From the NCBI RefSeq assembly GCF_006345805.1, contig NC_043005.1, forward strand, positions 80,848,001 to 80,912,000: a DNA stretch of 64,000 nt. The letters are read 5' to 3'. This document shows, piece after piece, positions 10,280 to 24,402 of this stretch; the stretch's first letter is position 1; every line of letters starts with the position of its first letter. The notes beneath the pieces are model-generated. The model searched no databases, was not told the DNA's origin, and was given only the letters and a program-made list of their open reading frames with translations. A program made the position numbers and the translations under genes. This stretch comes from Octopus sinensis. Lineage: Eukaryota.

Positions 10280-12180
10280 ATTGCACACATTTTGTTTCAA
10301 TTTTTGAACAGAAGTTGTGTAAAGCACCCAGCTTTCGTTTGAGTGTGTTTTCAAGGGAGGAATTGACCCCCAGAGGTAGTTTCAAACCTATTTGGATTTC
10401 TATTTTTTCGATTTCCTTGCCATATTTCTAAACATATATGGCTAAGTGAAACCATGAGGCCGAATTGCCGCCTCTACCAATGCTAGAGGTGAAGGAAGGT
10501 GAAGGCAAAGCCGTTCCGCGTGAACTCACACAGGCCTTAGAAGGCACGAATGCTTCTGCTACTATAATCCCTGCTTCCATCACTACCACCACAACCGCCA
10601 TCACCACCACAACCAACACGAATACCGATAACAATTTTGCCGCGGCTTTGAAGCCAAAGAAAATAATATTGCTTCTTTCGAAGGAAGAACTACTTGCCTG
10701 CAAAGAAATGCTTACAAAAAATGAAGTCACCATTCAATTACAGACACCTGAAAACATTGCAAAAAATATCGCAAAAGAAAAGCAATCATTTACAAGACAC
10801 TCAACGCGAAAATAAAAGTACATGAAACAGCCACTAAAGAAAATGTGGGACGTTTAAGACCCATATGGGCCTTTAAAAACCACATAAAGAGGGGAAACAG
10901 GTTTGCGACGATCGAAGTAAGATTCAACAGCGAAGAGCAAGCCAAGGACCTCTCCACAAGGTCCTTGCAACATGAAAATCTCCTCATGATCCCTACATAC
11001 CTTGGTCGTACGGTCACAGAAATTAAAATTAAAAATGTGCACCCCAAAATTGAAATAAAATGGCTCGAGTCTCAACCTTTACTTTTAGTGCGGGATTGGA
11101 ATGCTACCCTGGACACGCATCTAGACTACGTGGGAAGAGACATTAAGAGGAGGGGATGCAAATGCTTCAAAGACCTGCTCAGATGTTTCCAACTGTCTGA
11201 CAGGCACTGACAGGACCACCCTAATTTGCCAATACGGACATGAGCAACCGCATCGGGTCGTCCAGAGCGTTGTTAGATAGAATATTCTATAGGACAGTGG
11301 ATAACGATAGCGTAGGCTGTCCACATTTCCAAATAGTTAGCTACACGAACCACAAATTTACGACTTGTACAGTTGAATTAGATAAGACACATAGGCAGAG
11401 TCCCGATTACTGAAAGATGAACGCGTCGTTCATGGCACGCCAGGCTTACAGGGACCGGATTTGCACATTAGTTAAGAGAGTGCTGATGGATGCCATCGTC
11501 AACAACAGGTGATGGTACGCCCTAAAGAATGCAATAAATGCAGAATCGGATGTGTGAGGCCTTTCAACAACACTTTGCCCGACTGCTCGGGACAACTGAT
11601 GGTTCAGAACGCAGGGTGGACTTTATTGTCTACCTGTATGACCTGTCACGACTCTCAGCAAGAGAGGCGGCGTGTTGTGAAAGTCCCATCGCACCTGCGG
11701 ATGTACGGGATGCGATGGCAGGCTGCGCAGGAGACAAGTCACCAGGCTTGGATGGTCTGCCCTACGAACTTTATTGTCATATGCCAGACTTGTTTAGTGG
11801 CGTCTTGGTAGCTGTCTACTGCAACTGGCAGGAAAACAAGAGTATTACCGTCTTTGTAAAGCGAGGAACGGTGGTACTGCTAAAGAAAGACCCAGACGAA
11901 GGGAACTTCATAAATAACTTCAGGCCCATCACTCTGCTCAACGCAGATTTGAAAATGTTGGCCAAGGTGTTAGCCGTGAGGTTGGCGCTTGTCATCGAGA
12001 AACTAGTCGACAAGGTGCAAACGTGCGCCGTGCCGTGTAGGAGTATCCATGACAACCTCCATCTGATGCGCTACGTCATAGACAGGGTAGTTAAGGAACC
12101 TGCCATGGGTGGAGTGCTGATCAATTTGGATTAATGAAAAGCTTTCGATAGGGTAGACAATCACTACTTGGAGGCTGTCC
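10279..12180 (+). mobile_element. Tx1-like LINE 5' part: 5'UTR, ORF1, APE and RT, with internal deletions and stops
   Basis: ORF1 from ATG 10438 (early TGA); APE motif LLLVRDWNATLD; RT motifs KSPGLDGLPYELY, FRPITLLNADLKMLAKVLAVRL, RSIHDN, LINLD*KAFDRV. Confidence 0.9.
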
Positions 12181-12188
12181 TATCTATC

Positions 12189-12262
<74 letters not shown>

Positions 12263-12263
<1 letters not shown>

Positions 12264-13386
12264 GACGGTGAACAGGTGTGGTCGCCGTTTGTGAGGCACG
12301 CTTTCCCGCAGCTCGTCTCCATGACCGAACTGCAGTCGTGGATCAAAAAGAGGCCGAGGAAGGGCGAATGGCACCGCGAGTGTCGCGTTGCTCTCAAGCA
12401 ACTCTGCCGTCCTGGGTCGACCTTAAGTGACTTCAACACAACCAAAGCATTCTATAGGGGTTTAGTGGAGGGGAGGTACGACGACGAGCTCGGGGCGAAC
12501 CTTGACGTCGACGAGGAGTACCTGACCCGCCTGTTCGGGACGACTTTCGGGCCAGGGCCCATGGACAACTTCCAGAGATCCCTGGCCTGGCAGTGCTACC
12601 GAGAAGCGCTACCCGTTCGGGATAAGCTCTACAGACACGGCTCGAGAAACACGGGGCCGACCTGCCCGAGATGCGGTCAGAGCGACGAAACCGTTCTGCA
12701 CGCACTCGTTCAGTGTCCAACAATTTCCGACCTGTGGGCTTATGTCGAACAACTGCTGTCACGTGTGGGACGAGTCGGTTTATCAGCTGAGTCTATCGTC
12801 AATATTGTCACGCCTCCTTCCTTCAAACGGGAAGGAAGAGCTATTTTCATCATCCTTGTGGCTATGGCGAAAGAATGTATCTGGTGGACGCGTCTGAAAG
12901 GATTGGAGACAAACACTTTCCTCTCTGGTCATCTCTCTCATCACTTCTTCAAGTACCACTTGAAAAGGAAGTGAGAGTAGAGAGGCATTTTTGTCTAGCG
13001 AATGTTTTAAAAAAAGATGGGTGAATGTAGCAAGAATGGCACGTATGAATGACGAAGCCACCTTGAGCATAGTCCTATGACCCAGAATCGAAAACAGAGA
13101 GTTGCTTATTTGCAAAAAAAAAAAAAAAAAAAGAAATATAAAATGTGACTTCATTGACCGAGGTTACCGTGGTCTTTTCCGTAGGCTTTTCTTTCCACGG
13201 GTAAACCTCACCTGTCCTCCCCTTTACACTTCATATTGACATTTCTGTGATAACGATCCCTATTGATCATTTTTTTTTTTTTTTTTTTTTTCCTCTCCCC
13301 CTTTTTTTTTTTTTTTTCTTTAACCCCCCCCTTTTTTTTGTCCTCTTTCTCTCCTTTTACGATCCCTTTTGATCGAAACTCCCCTT

Positions 13387-13420
<34 letters not shown>

Positions 13421-13490
13421 CTTCAAAAGAAAGCTCTACCTTGTAATTTGTTCTATCTGTGTGCAGCCCTGTGTGGCTAATAAAGAAACA
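12263..13490 (+). mobile_element. Tx1-like LINE 3' part: ORF2 C-terminus with zinc knuckle, and 3'UTR
   Basis: CPRCGQSDETVLHALVQCP zf-RVT motif; ORF ends TGA 13078-13080 after a frameshift; AATAAA at 13479 followed by (TATC)n. Confidence 0.9.
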
Positions 13491-13506
13491 TATCTATCTA
13501 TCTATA

Positions 13507-13643
<137 letters not shown>

Positions 13644-13661
13644 CAAATAATAGATAGATAG

Positions 13662-13694
<33 letters not shown>

Positions 13695-14519
13695 CTGTCA
13701 GCCTGGCTGTCTGTTTATCTATCTATGCATGAATACATATTTATACATGCCTTACTGCATATATACTTACACACACACAAACAAATGCACAAACAAATGT
13801 TTGCTCTGGCGTAGCCAATAAATAAATTCCAGCAATATTATTCTACGTTAGAAAATTTTTACCTTAGTATGAGTTATGTTGTTTAGTGTAAAAATATTGA
13901 ATAAATTTAGACAGATTGAGACTGCGACTCTAATTTGATATGGCGATAGCGCAAAAGACAAAGCTGCAATTTATCAAAGTTGCGTGATTCGGTCATTTGT
14001 AAGTCATAGAAGTACCTTTTGGCGGTCAATTTGTCGACATTATATTGATTGTAAATATTATCTGTGTCTGTCGATGTGTGAAAAGTTATAATGCTTTAAA
14101 GTTGTCCCAAGGGTCTAATATAGCAATGTCATTGATTTTTTGCAGTGATTGATCTTCGGAAAATACATTTGTGTTGAATTTTTGTTGTCCTTTGAAATAG
14201 ATTCAATATAATGGACGGTAATGTTTCCATGTGCATACTGCCAACAGCAGGCTATAAATAATTGCGTCATAATATATTGGCACTAATACGCATACACACT
14301 GACATACAGATATAATAACATATAGACACACATATTAACACACAGAAACACACGCACACACACACACATACACACATGCACAGACAAATGAGTATGCATC
14401 TACCTTTTTCCGGCATGTATATACGTAAAGTAAATGAAAAAGATATATATTAAAATGTATATAAATATCACATTTACATATGTGTGAGCGTGTATATATA
14501 TATACATAGATATATAACA

Positions 14520-14528
14520 AATAAATAT

Positions 14529-14578
<50 letters not shown>

Positions 14579-15420
14579 TATATATATATTCATTTATATA
14601 TAATATATATATATATAAAATATATGTATATATAATATATATATTCATTTATATATAATATATATATATATAATATATATATATATATTCATTTATATAT
14701 AATATATATATATAATAAATATATTATATATTCATTTATATATAATATATATATATATATAATATATTATATATATATTCATTTATATATAATATATATA
14801 TTATATAATATATATATATATATTCATTTATATATAATATATTATATATATAATATATATATATATATTCATTTATATATAATATATATATATATATAAT
14901 ATATATATATATATCCATTTATATATAATATATATATATATATAATATATATATATATATATCCATTTATATATAATATATATATATAAAATCTATAATA
15001 TATTCATTTATATATAAATATTATAATATAAATATATATATATATTCATTTATATATAATATATATATATATAATATATATATATATATTTCATTATATA
15101 TAATATATATATATATAAATTATATATATATATATTCATTTATATATAATATATATATATATAATATATATATATATATTCATTTATATATATATATATA
15201 TAATATATAAAATATATATATATATTCATTTATATATAGATTATATATATATATATAATATATATATTATATTCATTTATATATATATAATATATATATA
15301 TATAATATATATATATATATTCATTTATATATATATATATATATATATAAATACATACTATATATATATTCATTTATATATATAATATATATACAACACA
15401 TACTATATATATATGTATTT
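14520..15420. repeat. AT-only minisatellite: (TA)n punctuated by TTCATTTA
   Basis: About 20 units of ~30-45 bp, each containing ATTCATTTATATA. Confidence 0.9.
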
Positions 15421-15872
15421 ATAAATAAATAATATATATGTATATATGTATGTATTACTCATTTCATCTAGTTTCAGCTCATGAGCCGTGGCCATGCTGG
15501 TGCACTGCCATTTGTCTATATATATAAACAATATTACTGAGCCTTAATTTGGCATGAATAACAGGAGAAATAATTTTAATAGGTTTTTTCGAAGTGGTTT
15601 ATAAATTCTGCGATATTAGACAAGCACCATCTTACTTTTATATATATATATATATTATATATATATATATATATATACATACATATATGTGTGTGGTGGT
15701 ATATATATATATAAAAAAGAATTTTATATATATTAAACCACGGTTTAACTTTTAAATTAGCAAATACTGTATACCTTATAGCTAGTACTATGCATAGTGA
15801 GGTAATACACCAGTAGTGTCTACGGATACATTTAACCCTTAGATGGTTGAATAGCCTCTAACCCATAATTTG

Positions 15873-15955
<83 letters not shown>

Positions 15956-16044
15956 ATATTATAGATATATATATATATATATATATATAATATTTGTGTG
16001 CTTGTGTGTGTGTGTGTAGATATACATATATACATATATGTATT

Positions 16045-16262
16045 CATAATGGTAAAATGATTTTATAAAAAACATTTCAGTACCGGTTTCAGACGTTGAG
16101 ACATTTTCAACTGTAAGTATGGAAAATAATAAAATTTTGGAAAAGCTAACAAAAGTTTTTTAAAAGAATATTTGCATGGTGTTCAAATGCAAGGGGCATT
16201 TTCCTTGTTTCTGCCTGTCTCTGTGTCTTTTGTTTACTCTTGTGGGTTCGATGACGTTGTGT
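16045..16262 (-). mobile_element. Solo, diverged pLTR fragment related to the 4.1-7.9 kb PLE
   Basis: Colinear with 4180-4390; retains CAG-UUGAAAA...GAAACCGGUA-CUG at 16075-16116 but stem II is disrupted; flanked by (TA)n. Confidence 0.8.
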
Positions 16263-16268
16263 ACATAT

Positions 16269-16310
<42 letters not shown>

Positions 16311-16371
16311 GATAGATAGATAGATATAGATATAGATATAAATATAGATACATACTATATACATATATATC

Positions 16372-16419
<48 letters not shown>

Positions 16420-16504
16420 TATACATACATACATACATACATATATATATATAATATATAATATATATATATATATACATATATATACATACATACATAC
16501 ATAT

Positions 16505-16544
<40 letters not shown>

Positions 16545-18776
16545 CTATGAGAGAGAATCCACTATGCGGACGCTCTTACGCTAGATATAGATCCGCAAAG
16601 GGAATCCTCCACAAGAATTGTTCTCAAGAAATAATTCAACACACCAAGAACGTAAGCGAGCAGGACAAATGAAAAATAACGAAAATATAGCTTAACCCTA
16701 TACAATTGTTTCATGGTTAATAATTTATGTAATTTTACTTACATAAATATCTTCGAATCTTCAGTAGAGTACGTCAAAAACATAATTTGTCGAACTGCAC
16801 GGCAAATATCAACACGAGATAAGAGAGAGACGAACAGTTCGGCCGATTATATTCACAGTTACATTCAAAAGCCCTCGTACTGGCGCGCTAAATTCCTGGA
16901 TATAAATACTGCATAAGTAATTTACTGCCGGTTTGAGAACATATTAATTTATAATTAAAGTCAAAATAAGGGTGAAAAAATTGGATATTAATTTAAACAG
17001 TAGGAAACATGCAGTATTTTACAATTTTTTTCTGTCTCCTATGCTTCAAAATGCCATTTACAACGAAGATTCACAAGATATGTATAACGTGTAAATATTG
17101 GAAATTCTCTACCTTAATTCTAGCACATAAGATCCCTTTTTTGAGAATTTCCATTTCCGATAATGGTTAGCGGGTGATATTGGCATTTCTTTCCATTTGC
17201 AAAACATCTTCTGTTGTTCCTTTCTTATCCAACAACTCCTCCTCGGTTCAGTCCCTGATTTGTATCTGTTGATTTTTTTGGCAGAAAAATACCCTTTGCA
17301 TTGCTTGCGATTTCAATGTGTTTGTATTTAATTAACATTGTTTTCCATTCAAATTGTCCTAGAATTGGCATTTTTATTATAGCAGTTTGCTGATAACATA
17401 TGTTTCTTTCTATTCCTGAATTACTGAAAAAAGTGAATGCGAAATGCCTTAGCCTGTCGTTGATTATACTAAATGCCATCATTATTTTCTTGTTTTCGGT
17501 TTTGTTTATTTTATATAATTTACACACCATTCATCGAGAGACGTTCGAAAATATCTTATCTGAAAACGTTTGTTTGACCGAGAGTGGAAAAATATAGCTT
17601 CTCGGTGCACTGTACAAGCTAGACTCCACAATCATTGGGACCTCAAACATTTCTTCTTACAAGGAATACGTAGGGGATATGACAGATGATTGCTTGTAAT
17701 AATTCTCTGCGTTAACAATGACATTACATGGGTCACTTGTAGATAATATTCAGTAGATTGTTGCCTGCTGCGGGCAAACCTTACAGTTATGACCATTTTT
17801 GTGCGACCTGCACTGAAGATGTTGAAGCAGCATGAAGAAGGACGAAACTATCTACCATGCAGGCGCCAAATTTCTCTGAATAATAGGGTTTTTTGTTTAT
17901 ATTGAACAGTTATTGCACGTGGGTCGTATCTGTAAATGATCCGAATCTATCGTTCACCAGTTTTTTCCGGAAGGAAGAATCGGTAGCCATTTACTCCTTA
18001 GTGACAAAATCGATGGGAGATTTCGGTGGGCGTGGTTGGAAGTTTCGAGGGAAAAGCATAAACAGCAGAGGAAATATTTCCTTTAACATTAATCCTTCGA
18101 CAACTTCCTCAAATTCTATCTAAAGAGAAAAATGAGAAAAGATACGGAGTAACGTCAACCTCTGGCAAATTTTCTGCAAGTGTAAAAGAGTGTCAATATT
18201 GACTTAACGAAACATAACACGTTTATGTGGCAGACGATTGGCAAGTCCAAAATAAAATGACCTTACCTGCGCCAAGTTAATCGAATATTGTGTATAGGAC
18301 GTCCAAGTTCAAATTTCGTTGCAGTAGCCATATCTCAGTTTTCTTGCTATTTTTTTCATTTATATTTGCAAAGATGTTTATTTATTTATGTATGTCTATT
18401 CTAATGTTTCATATTTTTTTACTCGAAATAACTTCCTGCAAACCACCCTATAATCTTGATTACAGTAGAACAGATTACCATTATGGTTAATTTTATCATA
18501 ATAAATGTTTTGTTCGGAAGTTTAGAATAATACTACAACAAAACTATATTTTGAAAAACAAAATGTAATAATGTAGTCAACAGGTTTGATGTCTCTGATA
18601 ACTCACTATCGATTGAGCTTGAAACAATCACAAGTGCATATGCTTGTAAATACTTACATAAACACACACGCATACATACATGCTCATAGGCATTCACGCA
18701 TACATAAAGACATATATAGCATAAATAGACGCGTGTGAATGTTTTGTGCATAAATATGTAAGTATATATATATATG

Positions 18777-18812
<36 letters not shown>

Positions 18813-19382
18813 TGTGTGTATGTATGTATGTATGTATGCACAAAAGCACTCATTCACACACAAGTACACACAAAAACATGCACACATACACGTGCACATA
18901 TATAAATATCCAATTGTTTACATAATATGTCATAATAATTTCTGGCGTTTGTAAGATAAGGAACAATAACAAAAATAGATCATTTCTGTGAATAAAATAT
19001 TTTATGTTCTATTACATGAATAAAAGAGAAGAAGAAAAACATATTTCTACTTAATTCCTATCTTTTGAGACAAAGAAAAATTGCAAAAGGAAAGTCAGTT
19101 TGCTGTTTTTAGAGTTTGTAAAAGAAAACAAGACAAGAAAGCATTGAATAATGTGTATCTATGATGCAATACAAGTTACAATACATTATATGTATATACG
19201 TATACCTAGCCGCGCATATGTATATATATATATATACATGCATACATAAACACACACGCATACACACACATACTCACACACACACACATACACATATATG
19301 TGTGTGTGTGTGTGTGCGTAAAAGTATACATTGAGGGTACGTATACATATATACATATAATGCGTTGTAAAATCTAACCACA

Positions 19383-19575
19383 TGTGGACCGTTGGCGATG
19401 TTTTCCCTCCGTCTTCCCTTTCTCATGGATTTACCTCTGTCTGTTTCTGACGAAGAGCTTTACTCGAAACGTAAAACCACCTTTCTTACATTCCCTGAGC
19501 GTCTGCTAATACTTTTCATGTACCACGCCCTCGCGTTGCTATCTTTTCTTGTTGTGTTTGATCTTATTTTTTTTA
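19383..19575 (+). mobile_element. Solo PLE-type terminal fragment with intact minimal HHR (19443-19477)
   Basis: GUUU-CUGACGA-A-GAG-CUUUA-CUC-GAAA-CG-UA-AAAC; homologous to 23385 and 37862. Confidence 0.78.
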
Positions 19576-20048
19576 GGTGGGATGGATTTACTATTTGTTT
19601 GTATGTATGTATGTATGTATGTATGTATATATGTATGTATGTATGTATGTATGCATTCAGTATATTGTTTGTTTTGTGATACGCAATTGCTTTGGGGGAA
19701 AATCTAAAATCTCTTTAACAATAATATCATTGGCTTCTAAACAGAAGAATGCTTCCAAATTATAATTTACTCCGATAAGTGTAAAATCCAAAAGTATTGG
19801 CCCTTGAACTGCTTAAGTAGCTTTGTATTTGTAACGCAAATTTAAAATACAGATGCCCTAAAAGATGTCTCGTAGCACATGATACGTAAGTGCAAACGGA
19901 GCAATAACAGATACAAATATCCGAGAGAGCAACAATTTAGCTTTGAGTATATCTCAAATTAAACTTGGCCAAAGTTTGTTCTGATGGCAAGAGCAAAATG
20001 CTTCCATTTGTCCAAGTTCTGAAATGAGTAAGATCACAAATGTATAAT

Positions 20049-20545
20049 CTTTTCTACTCTAGGTACAAGACTCGAACTTTTTGGGGAGGAGCCAGTCGAT
20101 TAGTTCAACTCCAATATGTAACTGGTATTTAATTTATTAACCCCGAAAGGATGAAAGGCAAAGTTGACCTCGGCAGAATTTGAACTCAGAACGCAAAGAC
20201 AGACGAAATACCGCTAAGCATTTCACCCGGCATGATAACATTTCTACTAGCTCGCCGCCTTATCACAAATGCATAATGGTAAAACGACATCATTCGCTTG
20301 TTTCGTCCTTACTATATTTGCGGTAATATGGAAGGCGGTGAGCTGGCAGAAACTGTAGCACGATGGGCGAAGTACTTAACTGCATTTCGTCTGTCTTTGC
20401 GTTCTGAGTTCAAATTCTACCGAAGTTGACTCGGCCTTTCATCCTTTCGGGTTCCATAAATTAAGTACTAGTTGCGTACTGGGGTCGACCTTTTCGACTG
20501 GCACCCTCCCCCAAAATTTCGGACTTTGTGCCTAGATAAGAAAAG
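20049..20545. mobile_element. Head-to-head pair of SINE A-variant copies (20049-20260 minus, 20333-20545 plus)
   Basis: Both carry the GGCGG(C/T)GAGCTGGCAGAA head and the ...GTGCCTAGA(G)TAGAAAAG tail. Confidence 0.85.
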
Positions 20546-20982
20546 CATATTTACAATAATGTGACAGAAGCGAGACTTGTGTAATAAACACTCTGTTTCT
20601 ATCCCAATTGAGATTCTGTAAGTAAAAATACCGGGGTTAAAAGACCACGTTAGAGAAATGCTTCATTTCTGCTCATTGCGAGACAATGTGTTGGTTGCTG
20701 TCTAACTCACATTTTTGGTTTTATTCAGAATTATGAGAACGCTGATAAGCGCTTATTTAAAGCAAGTTTTCACATATGAACACAAGAACAAAATTGAAAT
20801 GCAATTTTAAACTTTTCTAATTTCTGACGCAACTTTATTTTTCATTTTGATGTTGGATTTGCGTGATAGCTTCTCATTTAAGAGTATCTATAGCATCTCA
20901 GTTCCATCAGTACAAATATATCACATATTTCTATCTTTAAAGGTTATTGGAAAAATATGCCTGTCTATCATTGTGGAAGTAC

Positions 20983-21012
20983 TGTTATTATAATTATTAT
21001 CATTATTATTAA

Positions 21013-21075
<63 letters not shown>

Positions 21076-21086
21076 CGTTGTTGTTG

Positions 21087-21135
<49 letters not shown>

Positions 21136-21241
21136 CATCACTATTATTATTATTATCATTATTATCATTATTATTATTGTCATCGTCATTTACGTTCTTC
21201 TGAATAGCTGCTAACTGTTTAGTTCATTTATTTATTTATTG

Positions 21242-21301
<60 letters not shown>

Positions 21302-21317
21302 TTATTTATTATTATTA

Positions 21318-21362
<45 letters not shown>

Positions 21363-21485
21363 CATCATCATCACTATTATTATTATTATATTATTATTAT
21401 TATTATTATCATTATTATTATTGTCATCGTCATTTACGTTCTTCTGAATAGCTGCTAACTGTTTAGTTCATTTATTTATTTATTG

Positions 21486-21549
<64 letters not shown>

Positions 21550-21590
21550 TATTATTATTATTTTATTTATTATTGTTATTATTTTTATGT
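20983..21590. repeat. (ATT)n microsatellite containing a ~245-bp-period duplication
   Basis: A unique ~65-bp insert GTCATCGTCATTTACGTTCTTCTGAATAGCTGC... occurs at 21179 and 21423. Confidence 0.9.
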
Positions 21591-23384
21591 TATCGATGAT
21601 TAATATCATGATATTTCTGTTCTCTAACTCAGAGCAGATGGTTGTTAATCTCTGCAAAAATAATCCTGATCGTTTATACTCGTGTGTATAATTTGACATA
21701 TTTTACGTTCAAACTAAATGCCTTGAATACGATCAGATATCTAATTTGCTCAGAGCCTTTGTTGTAAAATTTACACTATTTAATGCTGCCCTGTCATTTA
21801 CAGGTGAATCGAGAAACTATTGAACAACTTGGTCATTAATCCTGGGCTGAGTAATATATTTTCTAAAAGAATCTCTTTACTCTACAATGCATGAGTTCAA
21901 CAACCTCTTGGAGGTTGGTACGTACTCACTTTGGAGTTTATCTCGCCTGTGCTTCAAAAGGAAATGTGTTTGTTAAGTATCAAGTAGCTCAGATCATGAA
22001 ACTAGCTTCCAGAATGTTTAGCAAAGATTTGAATACTCCACGAGACCCAACTAGTTTGCTCCCAAACCAACATATTCTAAATGCTTATATTTCCATCAAT
22101 TCTTTATAGAATCTAGAATATTAAAATTGTTTAAGATATAAAGATATTTTACATACAGTAAATCGCGTAATTTATATAAATATCCCGTTTTATATAACAT
22201 ACGGAGTTAACTTCGTATGCTCTAAATCTTCTTTACTTCTCAATAAAGCTGTAAAAACATAGAAGTGTTAATAATATTGGTTTCAAATTTTAGCACAAAG
22301 GCAACAAATTCGGGGGTGGGTGCTAGTCCATTATAGCGGCGGTAGTGCTGAGATCTCGTGCTGAAACAAAAACAATTGCGGCGTAGTTATTTGTAAGCCA
22401 TTCAAGAACACACAGAAACCGTTTTTTTATCACGGCACTACTAAAATACAGAGGTATCGATGCATCTGTGAAACGATATGAAGGGGGGAGGGTTAGTTTT
22501 GTACGCAACACCTGTATTTAAGTAGTACATCTGTATTTAAGTAGTACTGGTTTCATTTCAACGTTAAAATTTCATTTGTGTCAAAATATTTCTTTCGCTT
22601 TGAAACCGCTACCTGTTCACTGACAAAACTTTACTGACAGAACTTCGCAAAAGTAATGCATCACGAAGTTTTGTCACTGAACACCAAACACAAACACACA
22701 CACACACACACACACACATTTATTGCCTTTCATTTGCATGTATGCCTCTCTATGTGTGGGCGCAAGTGTGTTAGGAAAAATTTTAATTCAGATTAATATG
22801 GTTCTTAAGTTGAGGCACCAAAATTTAGTATGGTATTATCCGTAAATTTTAAAATAAGGTGATTAAAATCAAAATAAGCAACAAGGATATCCAGAGGTAA
22901 TGCAGTAGATCGTTTCATGCAATTCCATTTAATTGAACAATGCAATCATGACATCAATTTAAAATGTAGAGCAATCTTCAGCTGCACAAACACATAGAAT
23001 TTAATTAAATTAGAACAGATGGACACATTAGTATTATTATACCTAAAATCTCGAAGAAGTTAAGGAGATGGATAAAGAACAGGTTGTACCTACAACACCA
23101 TAATTGTAAGTACAATTTTCAAGGAGACACTGCCTGTCACTGATCTTTTTTTTATGTGGTCACTTTTAATTTATAGACTAGTTTATCAAATCCCTTGTAT
23201 ATTTAAGGCTGAGAGAAACAGAGGGCCGCATTTTTTGGGGGTAGATTTGAGGGAGTAGACAGACATTCTAGATAGTATAGTCATAAAATTCAAGATTTGT
23301 TAGAGGCAAAAATATATAGGGTAGCGAATAATTATCAATTAACCACTTGTTTTAAGATTTCCCTTACTATACATACATACATAT

Positions 23385-23593
23385 ATATTTTTTCTCTCCT
23401 TCTTTCTATGTTCTTTTTTCTCTGTGTATCTTTTTGTTGAAGAGCGTAGGCTCGAAACGTTAAAGACTTGTTTTATTTATATTTCCTGAGCGCCATACTA
23501 ATACAATTGTTTGTTTGTATTCCACCTGCTTTCGTCTTTTGTTTATTTCCGTAAACCTGCCTTTGTCTTTTGTCTATTTTCATAAAACTTCCC

Positions 23594-23595
<2 letters not shown>
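23385..23595 (+). mobile_element. Solo PLE-type terminal fragment with degenerate HHR (23429-23466)
   Basis: UCUUU-(UUGUUGA)-A-GAGC-GUAG-GCUC-GAAA-CGUU-AAAGA; followed by TTCCTGAGCG as in the sister copies; ends in (TA)n. Confidence 0.7.
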
Positions 23596-23649
<54 letters not shown>

Positions 23650-23650
<1 letters not shown>

Positions 23651-24402
23651 GTGGTTTAGTAAGGGAAATCTTAAAACAAGATGTTAATTGATAATTAAGG
23701 AGTTGCCCATTAGCAGACTTATAAAAATGAAACAGGGGAATTCTTATCATGTAGTATTATAGTTAAATACTTTAAAACAATGTTGCTATGCTGTTGAAGT
23801 TTAGGGTTATTCAAAGGATTATTAAGAAGAATATTGTAACAAAAGGATAGACATTTATGAATACTTGAGTATATATAAAACTTTTACCACAATAGAGGGA
23901 GGAAAAGAAATTATATAGAAATAGTTTAATATCTATACATATTGTATACTTAAATACAAGCTCATCAGATGGTATCTGTGAATATTGATTAAATGATATT
24001 TATAATTAGCCTGTTCTTTTCCCTCAATACTCTTTTATTAATACCAGTAAATACCATTTAATCAATATTCACAGATACCATCTGATGAGTTAGTATTTAA
24101 GTATACAATATGTATAAATATTTAACTATTTCTATATAATTTCTTTTCCTCCCTCTATTGTGGTAAAAGTTTGATATATACACATACTTATTCATAAACT
24201 TCTATCCTTTTGTTACAATATTCTTCTTAAAAATCTCTTGAGTAATCCTAAGCTTCAACAATATATCAACATTGTTTTAAAGTATTTAACTATACTACTG
24301 CATGATAAGACTTCCCCTGTTTCATTTTCATTAATCTGCTAATGGGCAACTCCTTAATCATCAGTTAACATCTTGTTTTAAGATCTCCCTTAGTAAACCA
24401 CC
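23650..24402. repeat. Fold-back element: ~353-bp inverted arms, 45-nt spacer
   Basis: 23650-24002 is the reverse complement of 24048-24402 with scattered mismatches. Confidence 0.93.

Noticed and set aside
17100-17530. 101-aa minus-strand ORF and a pogo-like acidic tail (TEEELLD)
   Set aside because: I found no DDE motif or TIRs; the similarity is too weak to call.
21804-21917. Plus-strand exon candidate (TTACAG|...TTG|GTACGT) with MHEFNNLLEV
   Set aside because: All frames stop before the ATG and no compatible downstream exon was found; such sites arise by chance in 64 kb.
24082-24130. CUGAUGA plus a hairpin in the arms of the 750-bp fold-back
   Set aside because: Neither arm has GAAA after the hairpin.
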